From assembly GCA_000165425.1 (NCBI GenBank), contig CT868669.1, positions 124,001 to 188,000 of the forward strand: 64,000 nucleotides of DNA, given 5' to 3'. This DNA comes from Paramecium tetraurelia (taxonomy: Eukaryota). Both the position numbers and the translations under genes were made by a program. Below, in pieces: positions 31,291 through 44,069 of the stretch (positions are counted from its first letter, which is position 1; each line of letters starts with the position of its first letter). The notes under the pieces were generated by a model. The model was not told the origin of the DNA and ran no database searches. It saw nothing but the letters and a program-made list of their open reading frames with translations.

Positions 31291-33146
31291 TCATTTCTTT
31301 ACCCATGCATGATAAAATGCAGATGAAGAAGACAAAATAAAAAAAATGCTATAAAATATAGTTAGTAACTTAGCAATGGATTTTGTTATTATATAATGAT
31401 TACGAACGACCATTATTAATGTAAATAAGAGATTAAGGAAAGCAGCTAATATAACCATTAATTTAAAAGCGTTTTATTCTATGTCTATAATACTGAATAG
31501 ATTGAACTTGATGGGGCCTGAATTAACAAAGTTTTGCTTAAGAAACGCAACGCTGAAGCCAATCAAATTGGTGAACATTTGTCCAACTATAGTATTAGCT
31601 AAATCAATTACAATAAATTCCATTTAATGCCATGATTGCTATTAATAAGGTTATTTATTACCATAACCTTCTTCTGCTAATGAAACTAAAGTGATGCAAT
31701 CAGGGAGTACATTCCCCATAGCGATTAAGCTGAATCCCAAAAATGTCTTATTCAATTCTGTGATAATTGCCCAAAATTAGAGGAAGTCTATCAGTAATCC
31801 AGATAAAAAGAATATCCACACTAAGGAACCTAAAATACAATATAGTTGAATATAAAAAAAATAGTTGGGAGGAGTTCTTTAGGAAGGAGTAGTTGTGTTA
31901 ATGAAGATTGACATTCCAAATCCAAACATCAAGGCCAAAAAGTAAACCCACCAAGGAGGGAAACCAAACACAACAGAAACCAAGAAAACTGATCCAGGTA
32001 TAGGGAAAACTAAAATAAGTAAATCTTAAATATATTGAATTACTTATGGCTTAATTTTTATCGAATTGATCTTCTTGAGGTTTTGGCAATGTGAATTTTA
32101 GTATCATTTACAATGGATATATGATTACAGCCCTAACTTTTTCATGCATTGATAATCTTTCCCATTTTTATTTTTGGGTTTCTAAATTGGCCATAGTAAG
32201 CTTAACTGCTGATCTGAATTTCTTAGCAAGCATCTTAACTCTTGCATCTCCAGAGACATAATTTAGTCTAATCAATGGCGTTGCCCACTTTACTGGTTTT
32301 GCTGCTTATTCCATTTCTGATTTTTTATCCCATAAATAAATTAATTTCATATCATCAAATTTCTATGCAATCTCTAAATCGTATTTCGCCTCATTAACAG
32401 TCTAAACTCTCTCTCCTAAACTATCTTTTCTGCTTTTTAATATTTTGTCTCTCTCCTAATAGTAAACCAAAGACACCAAAATCAAATACAAAACTGTAAG
32501 TGAGATACTGGAAAAGTAGGAAATCTGACCTATCACTCCAAATACCATGATAACAAATATGGAAATTATTTGAAATCCAACATTCCTCCAGAAATGCACA
32601 GGCTCCATCTTTATTTGAGATTTAGATGTCTTTGTAATCAAATATACGCCTATACTACACAAGAACTAAACAATATAATTTTTGTTCTTAATTTACAAAT
32701 CCTGCTCCCATTGTGGCGCCTATATTGTAATCTATGCCTCCAGGATACGATGAAGCCACTAAGGCCGTAAGAACATCTCCTGCTCCATTTCCAAAAGCCA
32801 AAAGTGTGACTCCAGCCATAATCTCAGAAATTTCAAAACGCACTTTCACAGCTTCCAATGAAGGAATTAAATATTCTTTTATCACCTCACTTATCCCATT
32901 ATAAACTAAATAGCCCACAAAGCCAGAGACTATTAAAGTTGTCTATTTCATATACTAATTTACCATTATAGATCCATTCAACCAACAATAACTCAAGATG
33001 CTGTAATTGAAATATAAAAAATCATGTTGGCAATACTATTATGCAATAAAACACTATTAACTATGTTCAGTAGTCTACATGAACTAAGATTTTTAGCATG
33101 ATAAGTTCTTTGGTTCATACGGAGCTTCAGCTAAATGCCAATACAT
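31291..33146 (-). CDS. Ca2+/cation exchanger (CCX/NCLX family, CaCA superfamily)
   Basis: Alpha-1 repeat AGVTLLAFGNGAGDVLTALVA; alpha-2 repeat LGFSLIAMGNVLPDCITLVSLAEEGY; Cys-containing luminal N-terminus. Confidence 0.9.
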
Positions 33147-33164
33147 TTTAAATATTTTTTTATT

Positions 33165-34266
33165 ATGGGGAATAATTGTACCTGTTGGAAACATGACCTA
33201 ATAAATTAGATTGAGGTTAGAGGCAACTAAAAACCAAGATGGCAAAGTTTAGAACCACTAAAGAGTTAGGAACAAAAGATCATTAAAATGTAGTCCTGGA
33301 TCCGTGGCTGGTAAGCTCGTTAAAGAGTTTGGAAAATGCAATTACAAAAATACAATGATAGTGTTAATGAATAGTTAAGAACGTAGCCACTGTTTTTTAG
33401 GTAGGTATTCCGCAAGTGTGATTAATGTGGGTTAGAGGTAGCTACATCCATTTGAATTTGGAATTGACGATATAAATGATTAACTTGCTCATTAGAAAGT
33501 TCTTAAAGCACCAAGCAAATTAGAAAATGGGTCAATGTATTTTGGGGAGTGGATAAATGATTTAAGACATGGCAAAGGCATTCTCATATGTGATGTATTT
33601 TATAATGACAATATTCAAGGATGGATCTAAATATGAAGGTTATTTCAACTAAGGCAATGCACATGGAAGAGGGAGATTGATACATTCAAATGGGGAGGTT
33701 TATGAAGGGCAATGGGAGAATGATGAAGCGCATGGGTTAGGTACTTATATTCATGAAGATGGGGCAACCTATACTGGTTAATGGGAACATGATTTATAGC
33801 ATGGGAAAGGAAGCGAAAAATGGCCGGATGGAAGGTATGATAATAAGTATAAAGTAGTTATTTCGAAGGGTTCTATAAAAATGGGAAGAAGGATGGATTG
33901 GGTAAATTTGTGTGGATTGATGGTGCTATCTATGAAGGGGAATTTAGAAGTAATAACATTGATGGATATGGAAAATACAACTGGCCAGACAGCAAATATT
34001 ATCAAGGGTATTGGAAAAACAATAAAAAGTAAATCATATTCTTCAATAGAAACGGAAAAGGGAAATATGTATGGCCTGATGGAAAAATATATGAAGGAGA
34101 TTTTGTGAATGATCAAAAACATGGTTAAGGCATTTTGAAGTTTCCAGATGGCCGAATATATGAAGGAGAGTGGTAAAACGATAAATAACATGGGAAGGCA
34201 TTACTAAGACTACCAAATGGTAAGACATCTTATGGAGAATGGAAAAATGGAATTCGTATCAATTGA
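33165..34266 (+). CDS. MORN-repeat protein with N-terminal acylation signal and IQ motif
   Basis: [21 protein letters not shown] (IQ-like); many YEG.W....HG.G....DG repeats; ends GIRIN-TGA. Confidence 0.9.
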
Positions 34267-34339
34267 TATACTTTAGTCATTTATATAAAACAATTCCCAG
34301 GTTTGTCTCTATATATTTTATATATAAATTTGAAATCAT

Positions 34340-35363
34340 GAGTAAATATTTACACTTAGTTGAGGATTGTAATATAGTTCTATTGGAGAGAAGCCTTTAA
34401 TTAATTTATTAAGACTATTCTATAGATTGAATTGAAATTTTTGTTACAGTTACAGTTTTCTAATTTAGAAGCCTAAAGAATCTTCTAAAAGTAACTCCTA
34501 CTACAATACTATTTTACAAGAAAACAAATTTTTATTACTAAAACCATCACGGATCTCTGTAAGTTATGAATCTCTACTTTTGATTAGGTAGATTTTTTAT
34601 AGCCCTTAAAAACTTCTTTTTTTGAACTGATGAGAAAACATTAAGGAATATTAGATAATTTTCTAGAGCATTATGCAATTGTTATGTTTGATTAGACAAA
34701 TTATTGTATTTATGATATGTATTAATTCTTTAAGTTGTGGATTGACTTTATTCTTTATCATTTTTATAATATCTTCTTATAACTCTTTTTGGAACTCTAA
34801 AGATAGATCTACTAACACAAATAATATTTTTAATCTTCACTTCTCATTAATAATAATATTGATTGAACCATTCTTCATATTTCAAAGCTTTTTTATTTTC
34901 TTAATTTCTTTTTTTTTTTTAGTTTTAAATCAATATTTGGCAATTATATTTTGCAAAGTCTTTTGAATAAAAGTGGATTCTTAAGATATTTCTATAACAC
35001 TACAATTTCTTTTTGATCCCAGACGCTTCTTTACCAATAGCTGAAAGATGCTCAAAAACATTACCCTATTTGCTCTTTCTTTCTTCTTCTTTTTCTTTCT
35101 CGTCAATTCCCCATTTAATTTTATCGACAGTATTGAAGTGAGACTTTAGGAGAAGTAATATATATGTGATATATGGCTGCTCCAATAGAATTAAATCTTC
35201 AAACTGAATATTAAAAGCAAAATTATCTATAGATTAACTTTCTTTGGATTCTACCATATTAAATCTATTCATTTTAGCCTTATTTCTACTAAGATTAATT
35301 AGTAGTAGTAAAGGATTTTATTATTATAGTTAGCATATCTTCCTTGAAATTTACCTAAATCAT
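34340..35363 (-). CDS. Hypothetical protein (boundaries uncertain)
   Basis: Code-6 reading ..IQFEDLILLEQPYITYILLLLKSHF..; exon structure not resolved. Confidence 0.4.
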
Positions 35364-35541
35364 GTATTTAAATAAACATATTATAAAAATTTATTAAAAA
35401 ATTATAAATTGTGTTATTCAAAACACATTACTCAATAATGAAAATATATCATAATTGTTGTATTTTTAAGTAAAAAAAAAATGATGAATTCTATTTTTGA
35501 GCAATTGAAAATAAAAAAAGTGTTAAGTAAACTCACATTTA

Positions 35542-37818
35542 TCAAAAAAAATTATTTAAATACTTTTTTAAAATAGTTCTTAGCTTCTATTGATCAATGG
35601 GTTTTGGTAATGTATCCGAAAAGATGGAAAATTCTTCTTTATTTGAATCATAAGCAGTACAAGCTACTATTGCTGGAGGTTATATATTTAGGGAATTAAA
35701 AAATGATATTATCTTATTCTAAATGTTATTTATACCTTTTAAGTTGCTTATAAGCCATTTAGTAGAGGCATCTCTATATCCATTACTATCAATTAATAGG
35801 TAGGATGACATATATTTTACTGATACTTCTTGATAACTAAATCCATAGCCTCAATTCCATTATAAGCAGAATCACTCTTAATCTTCTTTTGCAATAAAAT
35901 AGTTTTTAAGGCTTGGACATTAAATGGCACATCATCAACAAGTAATATTTCTGAACAATTGCAAGACTTGCGATTGATGTTCTGAATCAATTTATAATCC
36001 AAGCTCTTGTGCACTGAAATAAAAAGCGCATCATCACTTTGAGCATTTGAAAATGATTCGTTTTCCTCTTTTATTATGATCATATCTGAAATATAAAAGG
36101 ATATGCATGTATATTACTAAAGTGCAGATTTTATAGAGAATGTATTTTTTCTAGGTTCAGAATATGCCAATCCTTGAATTAAGCGATTGGACATTTTCAA
36201 TCCTATACCTGACGACAATTAATTTTGAGTCATCCAGTAGCCACTTTCTTCAGAAGATACTGAGTGCAATTCTCGAAAAATAAAACTTAATTTTTACTCT
36301 GATATTCCAAATCCTTAATCTTTGACTTTGACTTTAATATATTTTTGAGAACTTTTGTTTTTCTTTTTAAATTAAACCCTTATATGAGTATTCGAAGGAG
36401 AAAACTTTAGTGAATTATTTAATAAATTTATGAGAACCTGTATGATTCGTTGTTTATCATTATTAACGAAATAATTTTCTAATTTAATTTTACAAGTTAA
36501 AATTATCCCTTTAAGAGAGCAAGCTGAAGAGTACAACAATTTTATATAATCAGCAACCTCCTAAATGTTGAATAAAGAATAATGATGAATGAATTAATTT
36601 GATTACATGGCTGCATAATCGAGGATATCATTAATTTAAAAAAGCAGTAACCTATTAGAATTTAATATAGGCTAAACATACTCTTGATTCATTTAATCAC
36701 TCAATTTTGTTGATAATGCTTCTAATAATTATAATGAACTATTTAATGGTGTTCTTAATTCATGTGAAAATGAATTTAGAATGCTATTTTAAAATTTAAT
36801 AAATTAGGTTAATTCTTTTTTCTTTTCTTTGCTGGACACATTTTAAATCAACACAATTGTAACTTCTTCAGATTTAAAGAATTACTGTATAAGTATTATT
36901 TTAACTACTTTAAATTTAATACTTCCATTTTTGTTAACCTCCTTATATTTATAAACTAGATTAAACTACTCCTCCTTTTAGTCTAAAATGATTTAAACGG
37001 GGTCATCTATTTTAATGCTTGATAAGAAAGGCCTGTTTGATTTTTAATTATCATTAACATTATTTAAATCTTCAGGTCCTCCTATATGATCAAGCAACAT
37101 TCTAATTGAAATAGAAATATTACTTAATTAATTAATGTTTTAATTGAAGACTAATTTCATCATGTTTTTCACAATCAAAGTTCTTAAAATATTGTTTTGC
37201 AAATGTATTTAAATACTTAATACTTTGTTGTAAATCTAGTATCATGATTCCAATGGGCAGATTATCAAGGATTCCTAATTCACTATCTAATTATTTTAAT
37301 GATACTATCAAGTTAGTCTGAGAATTCTAATATACATTATTATTGTGATCACGAGATGTTTAGATAATGCTTTTTTTCTTTTTTCTCTATTGCAAGTAGG
37401 ATTTCAGCCACAAAATACAGGAAAAAAGCATTGAAAAAATCAACTGAGCTCCCTTAAATATGTCGTTTTCCCAAAACAATATTACCCTTAATATTTATGA
37501 GATTATAAGTAACACCCTAAAAGCAATGTTTAATTCCTTCTCTATTTCCAATTCACAACTTAAGATCTGAGTTAACACAATAAATAAGAAGGCAAAATTT
37601 GTCTACTATAAAATTTGTTATGCGTTGATAAAAGAAATGAGAAAAACCATCTTGCTTCTTAGATAAGGTTTAATTAGGAAGACACTGCTTGCAATTATTT
37701 AGCTAATGGTTATTGTCAATTGTAATCTATTCATGTCCGAGTTGAAAACTATAATTTATATCAAGATTAGAATTCCGCTTATAAGTAAAGCTATTGATAT
37801 CAAGAATGAATTATCCAT
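35542..37818 (-). CDS. Hybrid sensor histidine kinase (TM-PAS-like-HisKA-HATPase-receiver) #1
   Basis: LDNLPIGIMIL; NSFSHELRTPLN; NDKQRIIQVLINLLNNSLKF; KDQGFGI; GIGLK; ILLVDDVPFN; MDIEMP; LPKP. Confidence 0.92.
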
Positions 37819-37902
37819 AATTGAATTAAACTGTATAATAATTTTTAATAAACAAATAAATATGAAGCTTACAGTCTAATTATGTTAGTATTTCAAATAA
37901 TA

Positions 37903-40198
37903 TCATCTTAAATATTTTTCTAAGATATACTGCAAGCTTCCTTTGGTAATTGGTTTTGGCAATACATCACTCATTTAACACCTCTAACTCATCTTGACAC
38001 ACTCTTAATTATCATAAGCTGAACACATCACTATTGTAGTCTAATCAGTCGAATCCCCAAGAATCTACCTAATTTTAAGAGATGCTTCAAACCCATTCAA
38101 TTTGGGCATCTCGATATCCATAAGAATTAACGAATAAAATGGATGACATTTATTGTTCTTCATTCTCTATTAAACAAGATCAATCGCTTATTACCCATCG
38201 TAAACACTGTCTGCTTGACAATTTAATTCATTTAAGATCATTTTTAAAGCATGGTGATTGAAAGGGATATCATCAACAATCAAAATTTTATTACATTTAC
38301 AAATTATTTATTTGATAAATTTAAACTCTCTCGTTGTTAGTTGACTTAACTATCTACTCAGTTAAAAATCTTTTAATTGAGTTTCTGATGCTTAACTCTT
38401 GTTATCTTCTAAGAAATCCTCTATTGTAAAGGAGATTATGGTCCCTTTATTAAGAGTTGAATTTATTTTTAAGCCTTTTTTTAAGGATGACAATCCTGTA
38501 ATTAATCTATTTGCTACTTTTAATCCTAGGCCAACATGAAATTAATTGTATTCATTTTCCAAATTGTCTTATTCAATATTAATTTGTAATTAGCAAAGTT
38601 ATTCTTGTGATAGACCTAGTCCAGAATCAATTACTTAAATTAAATACATATTATGTTTTAACTCTTATACTTTTAAAACTATTTCTCCACTCTATTAAGT
38701 AAATTTAATTGAGTTATTTAAAAGATTGACAATCACCTGCTTCAATCTTTTATAATCATTATTAATCATATGCTTATTTTAACAACTCGATTCTATTTTT
38801 AGTTCTATATTTTTTTGCTTACAAGCCTAGAAATATATTGAAATGCACTCTTAAAATAAGTCTTCCAAGTAGAACAATGAATAATCCCAATTGAAATCAT
38901 TGATTTCCAATGATGCATAATCAAGAATATCATTTATTTAACATAGTAATAAATCAGTTTACCACTTTATTGGTTTTAAAATATTTTCTTATAACTCTGT
39001 ATTAACTTTCAACATAATAACTTCAAGCAGTTATTAAATACAATTTAATGGTGTTTTTAATTCATGCGAGAACGAATTTAGTAATTAATTCTAAAAAATA
39101 TGTTTGCTTTTTTAGTCTAATTTTCCAATTTTAGAGGTCTCATCTAATAGATTGATTACAATTTAATAGTGATGCTTCATAAAATGAAATCGAAAGCATC
39201 GTTTTTTGCCTTTATAATTGAATTGAATTCTATCTTTGTTCTTTAAATATATAATATATTACATCCATGAATTATTATGAGTATGGAACAAAATCATTAT
39301 ACTAATGCAATATACTATTGATTGGATCAATTTATTTTATAAAGTGATCATCTAAATGGGGCAGACTCACTCTTTGTTTATTATTGAATTTGGATAATAA
39401 TTGGTGGATTCTCGTTTAACTGGGTCTGGATAGGTTTCCTACACTAGTTATTTTTTCATTTATGCATCTTCAATATGTATTGAATTCGTACCTCTTTAGT
39501 AGTTCTTTTATTATAATTACGACGTTGTCTTCTGTAATTTGAGTATTTGAAGCTCTTTCCAATAGGGTTTTTGCTCGTTTGTTCATATATTGGAAATCAT
39601 GATCTTGTGTCAATACAACCAAACCAATTGGCAAGTGGTCAAAAATTTATATTTCATGATTTCTTGGAGTTTATGTTTTGTTTGTGAATATTCTTTGAAA
39701 TTCATTAATTTTGGGAGTAACTAATTCTAAGTCTAATGATTTGATGAATGATTCCTTGCTTTTTTAATAGAAGTAGATAATGAGACCCAGAGCATAGATG
39801 AAGGCAGTGGTGCTGTTGTAATAAAAAGTGGAATTGTAGGTTTCGAAGGAAATAATTATCTTAATTATGGATGAAAATAGTAATTCCAATAAAATGGGTA
39901 ATTCGAAATTCGGATTGTCTGAGATCAGTTGATAAGCCAAATAAATCCAACTCAGTTAATACTGAAAATGTTAAAATTCCATTTAATTATATTTGGAGTT
40001 TTCTTAAATTAGAAGTATTAGTATAAATTGTATGGCTTATTGGAGCTTCGATGATTTCAAAATACTAAATAGTATCGTAAATATTAAAATGGAACCATAT
40101 ATTGATAAGGATATGTATTCTTTGAAAAATGCACTGATCAGTATCGCTGCTGTAGAATTGCATATAATCTAAAATATTATTAATTTATGTTTAATCAT
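37903..40198 (-). CDS. Hybrid sensor histidine kinase #2
   Basis: FDHLPIGLVVL; NSFSHELKTPLN; RLKQVIVNLLNNSIKFT; IDSGLGL; GLGLK; ILIVDDIPFN; LMDIEMP; LPKP. Confidence 0.92.
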
Positions 40199-40277
40199 TA
40201 TTAATTTAATTAATTTAGAATTTAGATATGATGAAAGGCCTTTTTTATTATAAAATTAGAAATTAATAGATACAATA

Positions 40278-42543
40278 TCATTTAATAAATATATTTAGAA
40301 TATTAAGCAAATTGCTCCTCTAAATAGGTTTTGGTAAATAATCATCTATCATACATTATTTAGCAATTTATCTACTTTCCAAATTATCATATGCTGTGCA
40401 CATAACAATTTTAGTTTGATATTTGTTTTTTTCTAGTAATTCAGTAATTTGAATGGCCGAATCAAATCCATTCATTTTGGGCATTTCGATGTCCATTAAA
40501 ATTAATTAATAATAAGGATGACACTTATTTGTTTGAAGTCGTTTATGTACACATTGGAACGCTTCTAACCCATCAAAGGCATGATCACATGTTTAATTAA
40601 AAGCACTCAACATGATTTGTAAGGCTTAATGATTAAAAGGAATGTCATCAACAACCAATATCTTAGGACATTTACATTTCAAAGCGGATATAAATTTATA
40701 TTCTGAATTGGTCATAGTCGACAAATTGCCATACAGAGTTCTGGATGCTCTCGATTGACAATCCAGATCCTATTCATCAATTTAATCTTCAATGTAAAAT
40801 GAGACACTAGTTTTTGTATTTTAAATAGACGAAATCTTCAATCTATTATATCCTTTGATAAATGATTTCACTTGTTTATTGGCTACTTTTAAACCCAATC
40901 CAATACACATTGAAGTAGTAGCATCAAAATAGTCATTATTCTACTCTAGAACATGATTTATTAATGCTAATTATGATGAACTGAATCCAACACCATTGTC
41001 TTTGACTTTGAGCTTGGCCATTCTCTTGTCATTCTTAATTTTTTCTTTTGCTTGAATAGTTATTATTCCATTTAATGAACAGAATTTGATTGAATTGTTA
41101 ATAAGATTAACTAACACTTATTTGATTCTCATGCAATCATTACGAATTGGAGGATAAAAAGTGTTTTTGATATTTAAATTAATATTTTTCATTTTACATC
41201 CTTATTCATACATTTCATGACATTAATTGAATAGTTGATCAAGAGTAAATACAGAATAAAAAGAGTGAAAGTTATCAGTTTCCATGGAAGCATAATCTAG
41301 TATATCATTGATTTAACATAGCAGTAGATCATTCTAATGAAAGATCTGATATAAACTCTTTAATTACTCTTCATCCTATTGTTTTACAATCAGACTTTCC
41401 AATAATTGTTATGAACAATTGAGAGGAGTTCTGAGTTCATGAGAAAAGGAGTTCAAGAGTTAATGTTGGAATTTGTATTTTTTTTCTTGATTTTGTCTTT
41501 CAATTTTGGATGTAACATCTAAGATTAAAATTATTACAATATTTGGTAGTTCTTGTTTTTGAATTTAGAATTTAACACTTCTCATCTTCCCCTAGGATTG
41601 ATATGTCGTAATCAATTTACTCTAATAATAGTTAGCAAATGTTACAGTCATTATTGAAGATCCTTTTTGATTGCTGATGATATGTTCCAATGGAGTGGGT
41701 TTGACATCTTCAGAAGAGTCAATATTTATTATGTTCTAGGGGCTGATCAATTTAGAAACCTGATTTTCAGACTTGTTTTTGGGTGAATTTTTTTTGCTTA
41801 ATAAACTTTTATATGAATATAATTGAGTACCCTTTTAAAACTGAATTTATTAGATCTACAACATTATCTTCATTTGGTTTGATCCCAGTCAAACCATATA
41901 TTTAATCTATGGCCTTTTCATTTATGTGTTGGAATTCATATTTACAGGTCAACAACACCACACCATGGGGAATGATATCCAATACAACAAAATCAGAGCA
42001 TAAAGTATTCATTGATCTTCGAGTAGTTAAAAATCTATGAAAATCTTCACTTATGACTTTTTGAGAGCTTTGAAACGTTTCTGTGTTGTTCTATTTTATA
42101 TGAATTTGATATTCGTAATAACAATAACAAGCAGAGAAGCTCAATACTCCTTGCATGTGTATGATTGCTTGATAAGTATTGCTATTCCAAAGTCTCCAAA
42201 TTTAATATGCCGAGCCGATTACTATAATTATTGAGTACAGAAACCGTACAGCTTTATGAATTTTCAAGAATTTTCGAGTTACAATGAACCATCCAACAAA
42301 ATGTATAAAAATGTATGAGGAATTTATTTAAACAAGCCCTATTATGAATATGTTGAAGGATAAAAGAGTTTAAATAATGAAAACTAGTTTCTTCTCCGTC
42401 CTAAATATAAAAAATAGTAGTATCAGAGCCATTAGCAATCCTTCGATTATTAGTTTAAAAATATCAAGTTCTAAACAATAAACAACAACAGACAGTAAGG
42501 TATGTATTAAGAAAAAGGATATCACGATTTATTCGGTATTCAT
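40278..42543 (-). CDS. Hybrid sensor histidine kinase #3
   Basis: LDIIPHGVVLL; NSFSHELRTPLN; RIKQVLVNLINNSIKF; KDNGVGF; GLGLK; ILVVDDIPFN; LMDIEMP; LPKP. Confidence 0.92.
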
Positions 42544-42682
42544 TAATTTAATTGAAAAATAATCTAACTTAGTCAATATAACAATATTCAAAAGAATGCC
42601 ATAATAAATAATATAACATTTTTATTTACAACAGCAAAGCAGTTAATTATTCATTTACTATTAGAACATATATAATCATTTT

Positions 42683-44040
42683 ATGAATAATAGCACACTA
42701 ATTTAAATATTATTAAATCTCCTCTAATCCAATCAAACCATAAGACAGAAGCATCAGAATTTTTTTGGATCACTGTTCCATTGCTAATCTAGAAACTAAA
42801 TGGAATAATAAGAGATTTAAGTTGAGTTAAAAATAAATCAATTTTGTAGATAGATAGATATCAAGCCATTTGAGAACCGCTAAATCAGTATCTTTGAATT
42901 TCAAATTATACATAAATTGAAATAAGAAAACTTATTTAAATTGACGGTCATATAATATGAGTAAATTTTATAGAGAATTAAAAAAGTATTCAAAAAATAC
43001 ATAAACTAAAATAATAATATTAAAAATTTTGCTTATAAATCAAAAATGAATAGATTATTGTATGATAGCCAAAGTAGTAAATAAGCTAATTAACACATTT
43101 AATAAATGATAAATTACTAAGTAAAAGGATTTATAATCAATATAGATTGCTTTATTAACATACTAGGAGTATGAGTGAGATTAATTTAGTCAGATACACA
43201 TCTTTTAAATGATCTAATAAAATGAAAAAAAATTGTAGAAGTTATATTTCTTGAGGCGAATTGCGTTATGGAGTATTAAGGGTACCTCATTTATTAGCCT
43301 TTTACATTTTATAATCAATTTAAGTACTTCTAAATATCAATTTTTATTATAAATAAATCAGACATCAAAATTAATGATATTAGATCAAAATACAATCTGA
43401 ATAGCCTTAGAAGGAGATTTAATGGTATGATTGGCTACAATTTAAGTCTTTTTATCAATAGAATCTCAAATTGTCTATGCAGATTTTTTTTAAGTTAGTC
43501 TACACTAATCTCATAATGCTGTTGTGAAATTTTTATAAAAAAAAATAGTAATAATATAAAGTTTTTAATTAAAGAAAATGTTGTTGAATTTGATTAAAAT
43601 ATTGAAGGAATTTATATACTTGAAAAATTCGGCTAGATACTTTGTCAAAACGAAAGGAACTTTAGTTTTCGATTTTAATGAGAATTTTGGAATATTAGAT
43701 GGAGCATTCATTGTATCAATATATTAAATGTTGAAATGATTAAATAAAAAGCCCATGGAAAATTCAAAGAGCAAACAATAATTGGAAAATCATTATAAAT
43801 ATCAGAAATTTAGGAGGTTAGTACTAAAGTAAACCGAAATATCAAGATTTAGGAGTCTTCTTTAGTGTAACAAAATCAATCAGAAAAGTGCTGCATGCTT
43901 TAAGAAAATCGGATGAATTCTGAATTTCCAGAATCTCTGATTAAAATTGTTAATTCATGCCCTTAAAGGGAGAAGCCATTTAATTTGACTATTCATTTTA
44001 GTTCATGTAAATTTTTGAGTATTCAAACAATAAACATTTA
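42683..44040 (+). CDS. Possible hypothetical protein (structure unresolved; may be degraded)
   Basis: MNNSTLIQILLNLLQSNQ... is open for about 490 nt; downstream frames require introns that I could not assign confidently. Confidence 0.3.
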
Positions 44041-44069
44041 TTTAATAATTATTTATTATATAATTTTAT

